DNA of 64,000 nt from Eledone cirrhosa (GCA_964016885.1 OZ024745.1:53258001-53322000), one strand, 5' to 3'. Counted from the first letter of the stretch, positions 1 to 12,376 are shown. Numbers and translations: made by a program. Notes: a model not told the origin generated them from the sequence alone.

Positions 1-1048
1 CCAGTGTTGGTCTATCCTTTCACCTATGCTACGAGCTGTCTCACCTATGTATGTTGTTGTCGTGTTTCTGCAAGTACCCTCTGTACATCTTATGCTATAG
101 ACTACGTTTCTAGTTTTACAGTTTATCCGGGGGTTCACCTTACATATGATACATTTCCTATTGGTACAGTGGGTTTTCTTAAAAGGGTAGGTTTTGCTGA
201 TCAGGGATTTTATGGTGGTTCCTGGCTTTTCTACCACCTTTATTTTTAAGTGGGTCTTTCTCAGGGCCTTTCTACACTGGTTAGCTAATTTCCCTCCAGG
301 GGTGGCGTCCACAAACATGACACTCTGATATCTCTGGTTGTCGTACCATGATGTGGCCTTCCCTATCTTATGTCTAGCCCTATCTAAGCTATTCCATGAT
401 TTGCTCCTGTATAGTGGGCAAATTCCTTTCATGTCCAGTTCTATGAGGGTCTTATACTTTTCCATGGCTCCTTCGTATACTCTGACTCTGTCTCTTTGGT
501 TGTAGCCAGAGAACTGCATGCGGTTGATGAAGTGTTGGATGTGTCCTTCCATTTCTGTTGGGTCGCACATGCTGGACACATTCTTCATCACTCGTACCAA
601 ATCTGCGATCAGAATATTAAACTTAGCACTACTGGACATTGCTGAGTTTTTGAGTATCAGGTATTTGGAGGCCATGGGTTTAGCATAGTGTGAGTGGAGA
701 ATTTGGGCTCTCTCGTCTATAGTGTTAATCCAGAGTTCTGTGTCTAATACAGGTAGTCTATTGTTAGGGTGTTTGGAAGGGAAGTCTATAGTTACAGTTA
801 TACTCTGGTGTATGGAATTAGCTATCTGCTGGATGCTTTCCATCGTGCTACGTTCTAAATCAAACTTGTTAGTGCTCTCTAGTGGGGGTGTTCTTATAAC
901 TATATTGATATCGTCTACATAACGAGAGTACATGATGAGGTCTATGGAGCTTTCATTAAGGAGATCTTTAAGTCTCCTTTCCCACCATACCATGAAAAGG
1001 TTGGCAACATCGCCAGCTATGCTGACGCCGATGGCTGCTCCCTCATTT
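1..1048 (-). mobile_element. Inverted arm of PLE family 1 (RT/GIY-YIG fragment), running off the window start
   Basis: Reverse complement of 1060-2107. Mirror ORFs 4..249/1859..2104 and 722..922/1186..1386 are identical, and paired coordinates sum to 2108. Confidence 0.92.
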
Positions 1049-1060
1049 TCCTCATTTTGA

Positions 1061-2344
1061 AATGAGGGAGCAGCCATCGGCGTCAGCATAGCTGGCGATG
1101 TTGCCAACCTTTTCATGGTATGGTGGGAAAGGAGACTTAAAGATCTCCTTAATGAAAGCTCCATAGACCTCATCATGTACTCTCGTTATGTAGACGATAT
1201 CAATATAGTTATAAGAACACCCCCACTAGAGAGCACTAACAAGTTTGATTTAGAACGTAGCACGATGGAAAGCATCCAGCAGATAGCTAATTCCATACAC
1301 CAGAGTATAACTGTAACTATAGACTTCCCTTCCAAACACCCTAACAATAGACTACCTGTATTAGACACAGAACTCTGGATTAACACTATAGACGAGAGAG
1401 CCCAAATTCTCCACTCACACTATGCTAAACCCATGGCCTCCAAATACCTGATACTCAAAAACTCAGCAATGTCCAGTAGTGCTAAGTTTAATATTCTGAT
1501 CGCAGATTTGGTACGAGTGATGAAGAATGTGTCCAGCATGTGCGACCCAACAGAAATGGAAGGACACATCCAACACTTCATCAACCGCATGCAGTTCTCT
1601 GGCTACAACCAAAGAGACAGAGTCAGAGTATACGAAGGAGCCATGGAAAAGTATAAGACCCTCATAGAACTGGACATGAAAGGAATTTGCCCACTATACA
1701 GGAGCAAATCATGGAATAGCTTAGATAGGGCTAGACATAAGATAGGGAAGGCCACATCATGGTACGACAACCAGAGATATCAGAGTGTCATGTTTGTGGA
1801 CGCCACCCCTGGAGGGAAATTAGCTAACCAGTGTAGAAAGGCCCTGAGAAAGACCCACTTAAAAATAAAGGTGGTAGAAAAGCCAGGAACCACCATAAAA
1901 TCCCTGATCAGCAAAACCTACCCTTTTAAGAAAACCCACTGTACCAATAGGAAATGTATCATATGTAAGGTGAACCCCCGGATAAACTGTAAAACTAGAA
2001 ACGTAGTCTATAGCATAAGATGTACAGAGGGTACTTGCAGAAACACGACAACAACATACATAGGTGAGACAGCTCGTAGCATAGGTGAAAGGATAGACCA
2101 ACACTGGGGGGAACTAAAAGGACGAAAAAACGGGTCAGTACTATACGAACATGCTAGACAACATCATGACGGTAACATAGACAACATAGAAATTAGAATA
2201 ATATCTAAACATAGGAATGACCCAGCAGATAGGCAAATCAGAGAGGCCAGTGAAATAGAAATTAGAAGACCACAGCTAAACAGAAAGAATGAGTGGAACA
2301 ACAACAACACCCAAACAAACAACACTGACCTAAGAGAAGTATAA
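1061..2344 (+). CDS. 5'-truncated Penelope-like ORF: RT (motifs B', C), thumb, Cys linker and C-terminal GIY-YIG endonuclease
   Basis: The frame is open from 1061. It reads NEGAAIGVSIAGDVANLFM, YSRYVDD, linker CTNRKCIIC, then NVVYSIRC..C..YIGETARSIGERIDQH..H...H..RQIREA..LN. Confidence 0.93.
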   Translation, partial: NEGAAIGVSIAGDVANLFMVWWERRLKDLLNESSIDLIMYSRYVDDINIVIRTPPLESTNKFDLERSTMESIQQIANSIHQSITVTIDFPSKHPNNRLPVLDTELWINTIDERAQILHSHYAKPMASKYLILKNSAMSSSAKFNILIADLVRVMKNVSSMCDPTEMEGHIQHFINRMQFSGYNQRDRVRVYEGAMEKYKTLIELDMKGICPLYRSKSWNSLDRARHKIGKATSWYDNQRYQSVMFVDATPGGKLANQCRKALRKTHLKIKVVEKPGTTIKSLISKTYPFKKTHCTNRKCIICKVNPRINCKTRNVVYSIRCTEGTCRNTTTTYIGETARSIGERIDQHWGELKGRKNGSVLYEHARQHHDGNIDNIEIRIISKHRNDPADRQIREASEIEIRRPQLNRKNEWNNNNTQTNNTDLREV

Positions 2345-2922
2345 ATAAATAAGTAAATTAAATTAAATAAAATAAGATAAATAAATACATACACAAGCAC
2401 ATAAACACACACTAGTCACCCAGCAGACACAACACTATACACACTAGTCACACATCACACATAACACTATACACACACGCAAACGCATGCGCAAAGAAGA
2501 CAAAATAAAATAAGATAAACAAACAAGCAAATAAATAAATAAATATATAGACAGACTGAACAAAAAAAAATGGCGTAGACATACAACACAACAGGAGGAA
2601 CAATGAATATAACACCACTGACGATGTTGCAGATGTGCAACGAAAGATTTATGTAAACTATATATATATGTGTTTGTCTATATTGTATCTGTATTATTTT
2701 TGACCGCCGGTCAGTCAATGGCAACATTGAGGACCGAGTAAGTTAGATCGCAGATATATATATATAAAAGACAGCGAGAAGCGAAAACCAACCAAACAGT
2801 GAGTGTGTTCTGTTATTAATTCTGGCAATATTACGCAAATATGACCCTCCCCAAATATAACAATATCTGTTTCGACACACGATTTCATATAAAAAAACCT
2901 CGCAAAACTAATTCATCGCCGC
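2345..2922 (+). mobile_element. PLE family 1 pseudo-LTR: 3' UTR, hammerhead, promoter-like region and start of the next ORF copy
   Basis: Homologous to 11537-12163(-) and 24535-24830(-). It ends in ATG(2841) MTLPKYNNICFDTRFHIK... Confidence 0.85.
2614..2655 (+). ncRNA. Minimal type I hammerhead motif with extra U after A9 (PLE family 1)
   Basis: CTGACGA-T-GTTGCA-gatg-TGCAAC-GAAA-gattTA; stem I is weak. Confidence 0.7.
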
Positions 2923-3440
2923 TAATAAATAAATACGTATATAACAAGCGCACACACATACCTACATGTAAATACTCGAATGTTCGGAGACGTAAGTCAA
3001 CCAAAACATGAAGTACACATATACACACGCCCTACATACGTACGAACCTGCATACTCACACAGACGCAAAACCCCCGTATACACATAGCCGAACGATATG
3101 TACCAGAATATATTAAAAAAATGATACGCCATAACAATCAAATATACGTACGAGAAGGTATACGTACCTTCACAAAACATACGGATAATATATACTTACC
3201 TATGCAAATAAGTAAAGGTATAAACAAAACATATACTTAGCTCCCACATCGAGACGTAAAATATCCACGTATAGATCGTACTATCCGTTAGGGTATAACG
3301 TGGGGCTGTAATACAGGAAAGTTTTGTGCAATTTATGTTTACAAGCCGAAATTGCCTCAGATTTTTTGTTTAAAATATGGTCTGTGGCGTAGAGTATTTC
3401 CAGGGCCTAAGCGGCGCAGAGGTCACATGGTCTTCTGCTA

Positions 3441-3682
3441 TACCATTCACGTGGTTTTGTCTTTGCGTGCTATTGTTCTCTACGCTCCACATATGACGTA
3501 TTATCTTCGTTTTTTTTCGTTCATTGCCAGAGAACGTCTCTATGCACCACCTAGAGAACATTAGTCTACGACCTCTTTTATACCATAAACGTGGTTCTGT
3601 CTTTGCGCGTAATTGTTTTTCACCGCTCCTATTAATGACGTATTATATTCGTTTTTTCCCGTTCTTAGCCAGCGAACGTTTC
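3441..3682. repeat. Diverged ~100-bp direct repeat, period ~140
   Basis: TACCAT..ACGTGGTT.TGTCTTTGCG...ATGACGTATTAT.TTCGTTTTTT...GCCAG.GAACGT occurs at 3441 and 3581. Confidence 0.7.
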
Positions 3683-3927
3683 CACGTACCAAAGTATCGT
3701 CTTCCTATCTTCCTCCGGTTGCAACGTTTTTTGAAATATCCAGTTCTGCGTTTACAGATTGACTTTGTTAATTTCAGGAGATCCCGTTAATGGTGAAAGC
3801 AGCGATTCTTTGCTTAAACTTTAATCTGTTATTTTAATAAATATTTGCTCTACGGTTCTTATATATTTGATATATATTTATCCTTATCGAGCCCTCTTTG
3901 GATTTTAGTCTTCAAATTTATTATTAT

Positions 3928-3987
<60 letters not shown>

Positions 3988-3989
<2 letters not shown>

Positions 3990-5195
3990 GAAAACAGGGA
4001 GAAAGAGACGATTATTAGGAAGAAAAATATACTTTTTTCCTTTTTATTTCTCTCTCTCTCTTTTCTGGGTTAGAAAATGATTAAAACAAAATGTTTTACT
4101 TTGTGTGAAGTGTTAAGGTATTAGTTGATGTATTTATTATTTAACAATGGCACTTATTTATCTATTTATATATTTAATAATTGTCTATTACCGGTTTCAG
4201 CATTTTTATGCATTATCAAATGATAGTGATATGTATTAGTGTGGTGTCGCACATGTTAAAGAGAAGGTGCACAAAGAATAATGTTATTTACAATCAAGGT
4301 TTATGAAGTGAAAAGAAAAAAGAAAAAAGAAAAAAGAAAAAAAAAAGGAAAACAACTGGCGTAATGTAGAGCATAAAAAGTCAATGTGAAAGTAAAAATA
4401 ATGTTATTTACAGGCATAGTTCTTGAAGTTAAGCAGATCAAAATGTGTTAATATAGCAAGAGTGCTTAGTTGATCCATGATTCCATGATGGAGGCAAATG
4501 GTAGACTGAGGTTTGATATGATTTCCATTTTTAGAGAGTTAATATGCAGGGGGAAGCAATTCTTGCTGGATGATATTTAATTCATTTAAGAAAAAGGATT
4601 AGGTAGGGTGTGAGGGAGGTAACTCTTGTAAATGTTTGATTGTTTGTTGCAGTTTTAGTTTGGTCCGATAATCAGTGCATTAAGTCGAGGTTGGAATGTG
4701 TTAATGAAATATGTTTCTTTATTGGTACGATGGATGAAAGTAGCGTTGTCTATGAATTTGTAAATTGGGAAAATTTTAAAGTTTGGATGTTGGTTGTGTG
4801 CACAATATTTTGGCGATATGTTCCCTAAATGCAATCTTTCTGTATTCCTGTATTTTAGTTTGTGATTTATGGACGGTGATACGTTGACGGAGGCTGTTTT
4901 TTTGTCTGTCCTATGTAGTGCTCTTGACAACCTGAGCAGATCAAAGCATAGATTAGGTTTTCAGATGCACATGTAAAGTTGTGTTTAACTGTGAAATGTT
5001 GTCCTTGTTTAAAATGGAATGTTGAACCTTCTATTAGATTTATGCATATGCCACAGTTTGGCCTTCCATATTTTGTTACTGTAGGGTACATTGTGAGGGT
5101 TTGTTGGATTTTAGCATGTGTGGGGATGTTTTTTATGGACTTAGGTTGTCTTTTGCTCTTTATGATGTGTGTTTGGAGGATTTTGTTCATTCTTT
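3988..5195 (-). mobile_element. Neptune-like PLE 3' fragment (degenerate GIY-YIG endonuclease plus pseudo-LTR)
   Basis: KYGRPNCGIC...FTCASENLIYALICSGCQEHYIGQT, frameshifted, ending ...KETYFINTFQPRLN. Bounded by (TA)n. Confidence 0.85.
4184..4227 (-). ncRNA. Hammerhead variant with U3-A8 core (degenerate)
   Basis: The minus strand reads TTGATAA-tGCAT-aaaa-ATGCt-GAAA-CCGG-TA. Stem III is palindromic (ACCGGT) and stem I is imperfect. Confidence 0.5.
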
Positions 5196-5410
5196 GGTCT
5201 CTTTTTAGTAAAGGACCCAAGAATGAACAAAATCCTCCAAACACACATCATAAAGAGCAAAAGACAACCTAAGTCCATAAAAAACATCCTCACACAACCA
5301 ACATCCAAACTTTAAAATTATCTCCATTTACAACGCTACTTTAATCCATCGTACCAATAAGGAAACATATTTCCTTAACAAATTCCAACCTCGACTTAAT
5401 GCACTGATTA

Positions 5411-6763
5411 CACTGGTCAACAATAACATATTAATTTCATGGTCGAGTATAATTTAGTATGATTCTAGGGTAATCAAGTGTGCAGAATCTGAATATGACA
5501 ACGGTTAAGCTGTATCGGGTCTAGTTTTCGAGAACTAGCATATCCATGTTTATGACCCATAGCTATGTGGCTCATATTACTTCATCCAATTGTAACAACT
5601 ATATTTAGTTGTTAACTAATTTATACTTACTGCTTTTGTTTCAGATCACAGAATTGTAACTATCCTCAGCTATTCTTGGATAATTCACAACAACTTTGAC
5701 TAGTGGGAGAGATGGAACGCCGGAAATGTGTAAATGACCCGGACCGATTTTGCTATATTTGTGGACTCTTTATCCCAGAAAGCATAAAGAAACCAATCAC
5801 AAAAGCAGTTTGAATAAACTATCAATGCTACTTCAAATGTCCATTAGGAGCCCAGGACAAGAAATGGGTGCCTCATATAGCGTGTAGGCCATGTGTTAAT
5901 CACTTAAGTGAATGGAAGAATGAGAAAGGAAGCTTTGGTTTGCCATTTTCCGTACCAATGGTGTGGCGAGAACCAAGAGACCACAATAACGATTGCTACT
6001 TCTGCCATATAAACATCCAAGGAATAACTGTGAAGACACGAACTACACTTCAATACCCCGATATCTCGTCAGCAATCCGACCAGTACCTCACAGTGACGA
6101 AATACCTGTACCAGTTCCACCTGCTGAACACGAGCTAATCTCTGATTCTGATTCCAGTAGCACCCCTATTGATGATGACTATCAAGACGAACATGAGACA
6201 AGTGAACCCATACCATTTAACCAGAAAGCTCTTCATGATCTCATTAGAGACCTACATTTGTCAGTGATGAACATGGAGAGAGGTTTCACCAGGACATTGC
6301 CATAATGGAGAGTAGGTATCAGAGTCAGTTCAATCCCAACATGATGGGTGACTACTGCTGGACACTGCAACGTGAGGAGAGCCAGCAAAACAAGCATAAA
6401 AGCAAAATCCAGAAATTGTTTTAGAAATGTTTTGAAATATTTTGTTACGTTCAGAATGTTGTTCAGAAATATTTTGTTATGTTCAGAATGTTGTTCAGGA
6501 ATATTTTGTTAATATACTAAGTGTTAAAAAGATAAATAAAAATATGTTTATATATTTTTATTAATAAGTAAATATGTTTATACCTAAGTCATTATATGTT
6601 ACACAATGGATAAATAATGCAATACGAGAAACATATTTTCGATCTCATATTAAGGCATTCTGGTCCGATAGCAAAAAATGAATATCAAAACTGAATTTAG
6701 TGCTATGAAATTAGTAAGATGCACATATTCACATGTAAGAACCATTTTGACTGTTGACCAGTG
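5411..6763 (+). mobile_element. Internally deleted Chapaev3-type (CMC superfamily) DNA transposon
   Basis: 12-bp TIRs CACTGGTCAACA/TGTTGACCAGTG with a TTA target duplication (5408-5410, 6764-6766). The empty site is visible in the mirror PLE arm (~4662-4680). Confidence 0.85.
5712..6424 (+). pseudogene. Chapaev3-type transposase remnant (N-terminal zinc finger joined out of frame to the C-terminus)
   Basis: MERRKCVNDPDRFCYICG, in-frame TGA at 5811, PMVWREPRDHNNDCYFC..SAIRPVPH. After a junction at ~6260 it reads SDEHGERFHQDIAIMESRYQ..MMGDYCW. Confidence 0.85.
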
Positions 6764-7483
6764 TTATTGGACGAAACTAAAACTGCAACAAACAATCAAA
6801 CATTTACAAGAGTTACCTCCCTCATACCCTACCTAATCCTTTTTCTTAAAAAAATTAAATATCATCCAGCAAGAATTGCTTCCCCCTGCATATTAACTCT
6901 CTAAAAATGGAAATCATATCAAACCTCAGTCCACCATTTGCCTCCATCATGGAATCATGCATCAACTAAGCACTCTTGCTATATTAACACATTTTGATCT
7001 GCTTAACTTCAAGAACTATGCCTGTAAATAACTTTATTTTTTCTTTCACATTGACTTTTTATGCTCTACGTTACGCCAGTTGTTTTCCTTTTTTCATAAA
7101 ACTGCTGAAACCGGTAATAGACAATTATTAAATATATAAATAGATAAATAAATGCCATTGTTAAATAATAAATAAATCAACTAATACCTTAACACTTCAC
7201 ACAAAGTAAAACATTTTGTTTTAATCATTTGCTAACCCAGAAAAAAGAGAGAGATAAATAAGAAAGGAAAAAAATATATTTTTCTTCCTAATAATCGTCT
7301 CTTTCTCCCTGTTTTCATATATATATATATATATATCCTAACTCGTGTGCTTCCTCTCCACATTTTATTATATATATATATACGAACGAACGATCGACTT
7401 TCGTCAAATCGGACCGAGGGAACAATGTTTCCGTTGGTCTTTCCAATTGCTAATACTATCTATCGGTCGCAACTCCAGGTAGA

Positions 7484-7602
7484 AGGAGCAACGTGAAATA
7501 AAGTGTCTTGCTCAAGGACATAACGCATCGCCCGGTTCGGGAATCGAACTTACAACCTCACGATTAGGAATCCAATTCTCTAACCACTCGGCCACACGCC
7601 TT
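7484..7602 (-). mobile_element. tRNA-headed CORE-type SINE fragment
   Basis: A box TGGCCGAGTGG and B box GTTCGATTC, followed by GTCCTTGAGCAAGACACTT. Confidence 0.75.
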
Positions 7603-7874
<272 letters not shown>

Positions 7875-7877
7875 TCA

Positions 7878-8036
7878 AGGTGCATGGCTTAGTGGTTAAA
7901 GCATTCGGGCTTGCAATCGAAAGTTTGTGAGTTCAATTCTCGGACCGGGTGATGTGTTGTTTCCTTGAACAATACACTTCATTTCACGTTGCTCCAGTTT
8001 ACTCAGCTGTAGAAATGAGTACCAGCCTGCCAACCC
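7878..8036 (+). mobile_element. tRNA-headed CORE-type SINE
   Basis: TGGCTTAGTGG...GTTCAATTC, then CCTTGAACAATACACTT...CAGTTTACTCAGCTGTAGAAATGAGTACC (MIR/CORE-like). Confidence 0.75.
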
Positions 8037-9599
8037 AGCCAGTGGGATGGCGTTATCTTATGGCTAAAACAGCACGACGTGCTGGCGCCGATTGGCGCCC
8101 GACAGACTGGTCGGTGAAAGTGATATGTATATATATATGAAAATTAAGGGAGAAAAATGTATATGTACGGGGGTAAAAAAGATAGACAAAATAAAATTCT
8201 ATCTAAACTCGCTTATATATAGATCTCCTTGTAACATTGGAGATAGGGTAGGGAAGTGGAACGATACGTGGGTTGATTTGCATTTCATAAGACTACGCTG
8301 ATCGTGAAAGCGATAACGTTTGATAATAGAATCATTACAGTAACAGACACAATGCCTTGCTGTTTCCTTCCGGCCTTTTATGGTCTTTGCCTCAATCCCA
8401 GTGACATCAAATTTGTTTCATATTCTTCTGAATGTCGATAAAACTATATTAGTATACATCAACTGGTGGTGATTTAATCAACTTAGATCAGCAACTAGGA
8501 AATCCTAAGACAGCGATCCGGCATTGTCTTCAACTTGGTTCAGCCACTAATGCAAAAACACAGGTGACAAGTTACCATTACATTGGAAAACATTGGTGCT
8601 ATGAAGAGAGGTAAGCTGTGGTATGTGCTACAGATGGTCTTCATACAAACTTGCACTGGCGTGTATTCTGGATAGGACGCTAAATAGGGGCGTGATCGCT
8701 CTACACCAATATGAACTTAAGCAAGAATATCCACGGCATGGATCCATGGCCCTCAGAGGTATGCCTTTATGCTTACCTTGAACTAATGCGTTGTGTTGCC
8801 AAGATGTAATCTGTCTATTTCTGACCATCATTGTTGTTGCTGCCCTTATCAAAGACATCACGAGAGATTTTCCCACTTTATTCTCATATTTATTCCATTT
8901 AACGGTTAATTGTTTTAACTTTCAGAGTTCTCAGACTTACCATAAACACTAATGTTTATGGGGTCGATAAAATAAAGTACCAGTAATGCACTGGGTGATT
9001 GCTGGCCTTGTGCCGAAAGTAGAAACAGTTATTTATTCATCTAAACATAAATGCAATTTTAATTGATTAACAAAAATTTGTATTTACGAAATTATAGTAA
9101 AACGAACATAACACTACAGATTTCATACAGAAATAAATCCTGAGATATCTTTTAATGCCATTATATTAAATCAAGAGCAATAGTGCTAAGGTGACCTTAT
9201 CGCAGTATACGATCCAGTTTCAATTCTTGGTTAATATTATTTCATTTCACAATGGAGCGCTATCAATGGAGCTCTATCCTTTAAATCAGTAAATCTAGGA
9301 TATTCTGCGGTAATATCAAATCGATTTATAAATTACATTTTGTCCCCATTGTTGGAATTAATTTTCTCAAGATTAATTAAATTATGGATTTCTCTCGTTT
9401 ATTTTTTTTTATTTATTTCCATATGTATATATTTGTGTATACGTTAGCGTCTTAATAAGTGTGTGTGCTCGTTTATGTGAGGAAGTGTATGTCTGCGCAT
9501 TCAGACGAAATGATGTTAGGGAGCAAACACACAGGCACACACACACACACACACACACCCACACACCCACACACAGGCACACACACACGCACACACACG

Positions 9600-9638
<39 letters not shown>

Positions 9639-9639
9639 G

Positions 9640-9777
9640 TCCAGAATTAGCCGTCGAAACGGCTTGAGCTCAGCTGTCGGGGGTCTTACTGGTTCCTATT
9701 ATCCACTCTACTACCTCAAGTATTGAGTACTTTGGTGCGTTATGGTCCACCTGGTTCCTTACCACATTTCCTTCGTT
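9640..9777 (+). repeat. Dispersed repeat with AGCCGT-CGAA-ACGGCT hairpin (other copies at 36455-36510 and 36783-36915)
   Basis: Three homologous copies, each next to (TA)n or a PLE. Confidence 0.7.
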
Positions 9778-9894
9778 ATATATATATATATATATATATA
9801 TGCAGAGGTTATATTTAATTTGTTGGGATTCTATGTATATATATATATTCAATGTATATATATGTATATATTCAATGCATATATATATATTCAA

Positions 9895-9935
<41 letters not shown>

Positions 9936-10460
9936 TAATACAATTTTGTAAGTGCTTAATGGTTTTAGGTGATGATTTAGTAATCAATGAAGAAATTAAC
10001 TGATTACACAAGACTTCTATCGATGCCACATTGATATATTTGTTATATCTTTTTGCAAATATTTGAAAGATTCTGCAGACTTTCTTTAAGATTTGTTGTA
10101 CACTGTACATGTTTTGATTTGCGATGAAGCAATCTAAACTTGAAAGAGATTTGTCTGAATTGTAGACTAGGAAATGTATATGTTTTATATGTGTATTGTA
10201 TTGTTTTGTATTTGTTGATGCGTGCGTAGGTATAAATACCTGTCTTTCTCTGTTCGTGTATATGAGAAGGCGAAAGAGAGAGAGAGAGTGGTGGAGGGGA
10301 TCAAAATAGAGAATTGGAGAACAATCTGTAAAGATTAAGAGAAGATAAATGCAAACGAGAAGGATAGAGCAAGATATAATAATAAGAATTTGTGAGGTAT
10401 ATATCTCACACTTTTTCTCCTTTCTCTCTCTCCCTCTGACTTTCTATATATCTAGATACA

Positions 10461-10559
<99 letters not shown>

Positions 10560-10656
10560 CTATGGTTAATTATGCTTATTGGAAGAAGAAACGGTATATA
10601 TTTTATCTAATGATTCTAAAGACATGATTTATGATATATATATATATATATATATA

Positions 10657-11003
10657 TATTATTCAAAATGTTAACAGATGAAAAATATTCGCATAATCAA
10701 AATATATACTTTATTATATATATTTCAAAGGTACTGTGCTGTTTTTTCAGTACGTCCTCATCAGACAAAATATAAGATTTGATATATGACATACCGCTAC
10801 GGTGTTGATTATTCAATTCCCGTATTGACTGCCAATACAGGAATTGAATAATCAGCACCCTAGCGGTATGTCATATATCAAATCATATATTTTGTCTGAT
10901 GAGGACGTACTGAAAAAACAGCACAGTACCTTTGAAATATATATAATAAAGTATATATTTTGATTATGCGAATATTTTTCATTTGTTAGCATTTTGAATA
11001 ATA
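10657..11003. repeat. Fold-back palindrome carrying mirror-image hammerheads
   Basis: Arms of ~170 bp with a few mismatches; loop ACTGC at 10828-10832. Confidence 0.9.
10890..10951 (+). ncRNA. Minimal type I hammerhead (mirror copy at 10709-10770 on -)
   Basis: TTTTGT-CTGATGA-ggacGTACTG..CAGTACcttt-GAAA-TATATA-TA-ATAAAG; stem III is palindromic. Confidence 0.75.
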
Positions 11004-11095
11004 TTAAAAACTCCAGGGAAACTCACTGTTGAGTGCTTCTAATCTATTGTAAAACTGTATTCGTTGAGTAATAAACGAACCATATTAATCTTTCG

Positions 11096-11147
<52 letters not shown>

Positions 11148-11489
11148 GGGGGGTGAAAAGAGTCAGGTCTCCGACGGTTGAGCTCGATCCGAACTAAGCC
11201 AGCAGTCATATATATACACACACACACACACATATATATATATGTATATATATATATGTGTGTGTGTGTGTGTATGTGTGTGTGTGTGTGTGTATAATAT
11301 ATTTAATATATATGCCAAGCTATATCGGTCATTGCCTTTCCCTTAGACAACATCAGTGGCGTGGAGAGGGGAGACTGGTATGCACGAGCGACTGCTGGTC
11401 TTCCACAAAAACAAACCTTGCCGGGGCTCGTGCCTCGGAGGAAAACGTTATAGGTGCAAAACCATGGTCATCCGTGACCGAATGGGGGC

Positions 11490-11536
<47 letters not shown>

Positions 11537-11540
<4 letters not shown>

Positions 11541-12178
11541 TTGCGAGATTTTTTATATGAAATCGTGTGTCGAAACAAATATTGTTATACTTGGGGAGGG
11601 TCATATTTGTGTAATATTGCCAGAATTAATAACAGAACACACTCACTGTTTGGTTGGTTTTCGCTTCTGTGTCTTTTATATCGGTAATCTAATTTATTCG
11701 GTCCTCAATGTTGCCATTGACTGACCGACGGTAAAAAATAATACAGATACAATATAGACACAAACACATATATATAGTTTATCAAAGTTCTTTCGTTGCA
11801 CATCTGCAACATCGTCAGTGGTGCTATTGTTTCCTCCCGTTACATTGTATGTCTACGCCATTTTTATTTAGTCTGTCTATATATTTATTTATTTATTTTT
11901 TTGTTTTTTATTTTATTTTGTCTTCTTTGCGCATGCGTTTGCGTGTGTGTATAGTGTTTTGTTTGGTGTGTGTTCGTGATTGTATTCTATGTATTCTATG
12001 TATTCTATCTTTACTAGTGTGTGTTTATATGTGTTTGTTGTTATTGTGCTTGTGTATGTATTTATCTATTTATTTATCTATTTATTTATTTATTTATACT
12101 TCTCTTAGGTCAGGGTTGTTTGTTTGGGTGTTGTTGTTATTCCATTCATTCTTTCTGTTTAGTCTAAACAGAAAGAAT
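11537..12178 (-). mobile_element. PLE family 1 pseudo-LTR copy with ORF tail, HHR (11781-11822) and terminal snap-back hairpin
   Basis: Homologous to 2276-2910. A 15-bp fold-back at 12148-12178 marks the truncation point, and the other end abuts (TA)n. Confidence 0.88.
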
Positions 12179-12316
12179 AACAATAATAATAATGCTAATG
12201 ATAGGAACAACAACAACCACCATGATAACAATAATAGCTCCGGGAGCTTCCAACAGTAATGGTTGCATTTTTTAAGGGTATGTCAATATTTATTCATAAA
12301 ACTGATCTATATTATA

Positions 12317-12376
12317 TTTTGTCTGATGAAAGCACACCATAATTTAACTTGGTGTCCTTGAAATATGTATAATGAA
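12317..12376 (+). ncRNA. Minimal type I hammerhead related to the 10890 motif
   Basis: TTTTGT-CTGATGA-aagcACACCA..TGGTGTcctt-GAAA-TATGTA-TA-ATGAA. Confidence 0.7.

Larger units (their letters stand above)
5215..7318 (+). mobile_element. Inverted (fold-back) arm of the 3988-5195 PLE, with internal deletions and a nested transposon
   Basis: 5215-5294, 5295-5410 and 6764-7318 are reverse complements of parts of 3988-5195. Confidence 0.85.

Noticed and set aside
1061-2344. Naiad-type selenoprotein PLE
   Set aside because: The endonuclease is C-terminal and there is no in-frame TGA. The stops in the paralog are TAA.
5811-5813. In-frame TGA as selenocysteine or readthrough
   Set aside because: It lies in an internally deleted transposase and is most simply a nonsense mutation. 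I saw no SECIS.
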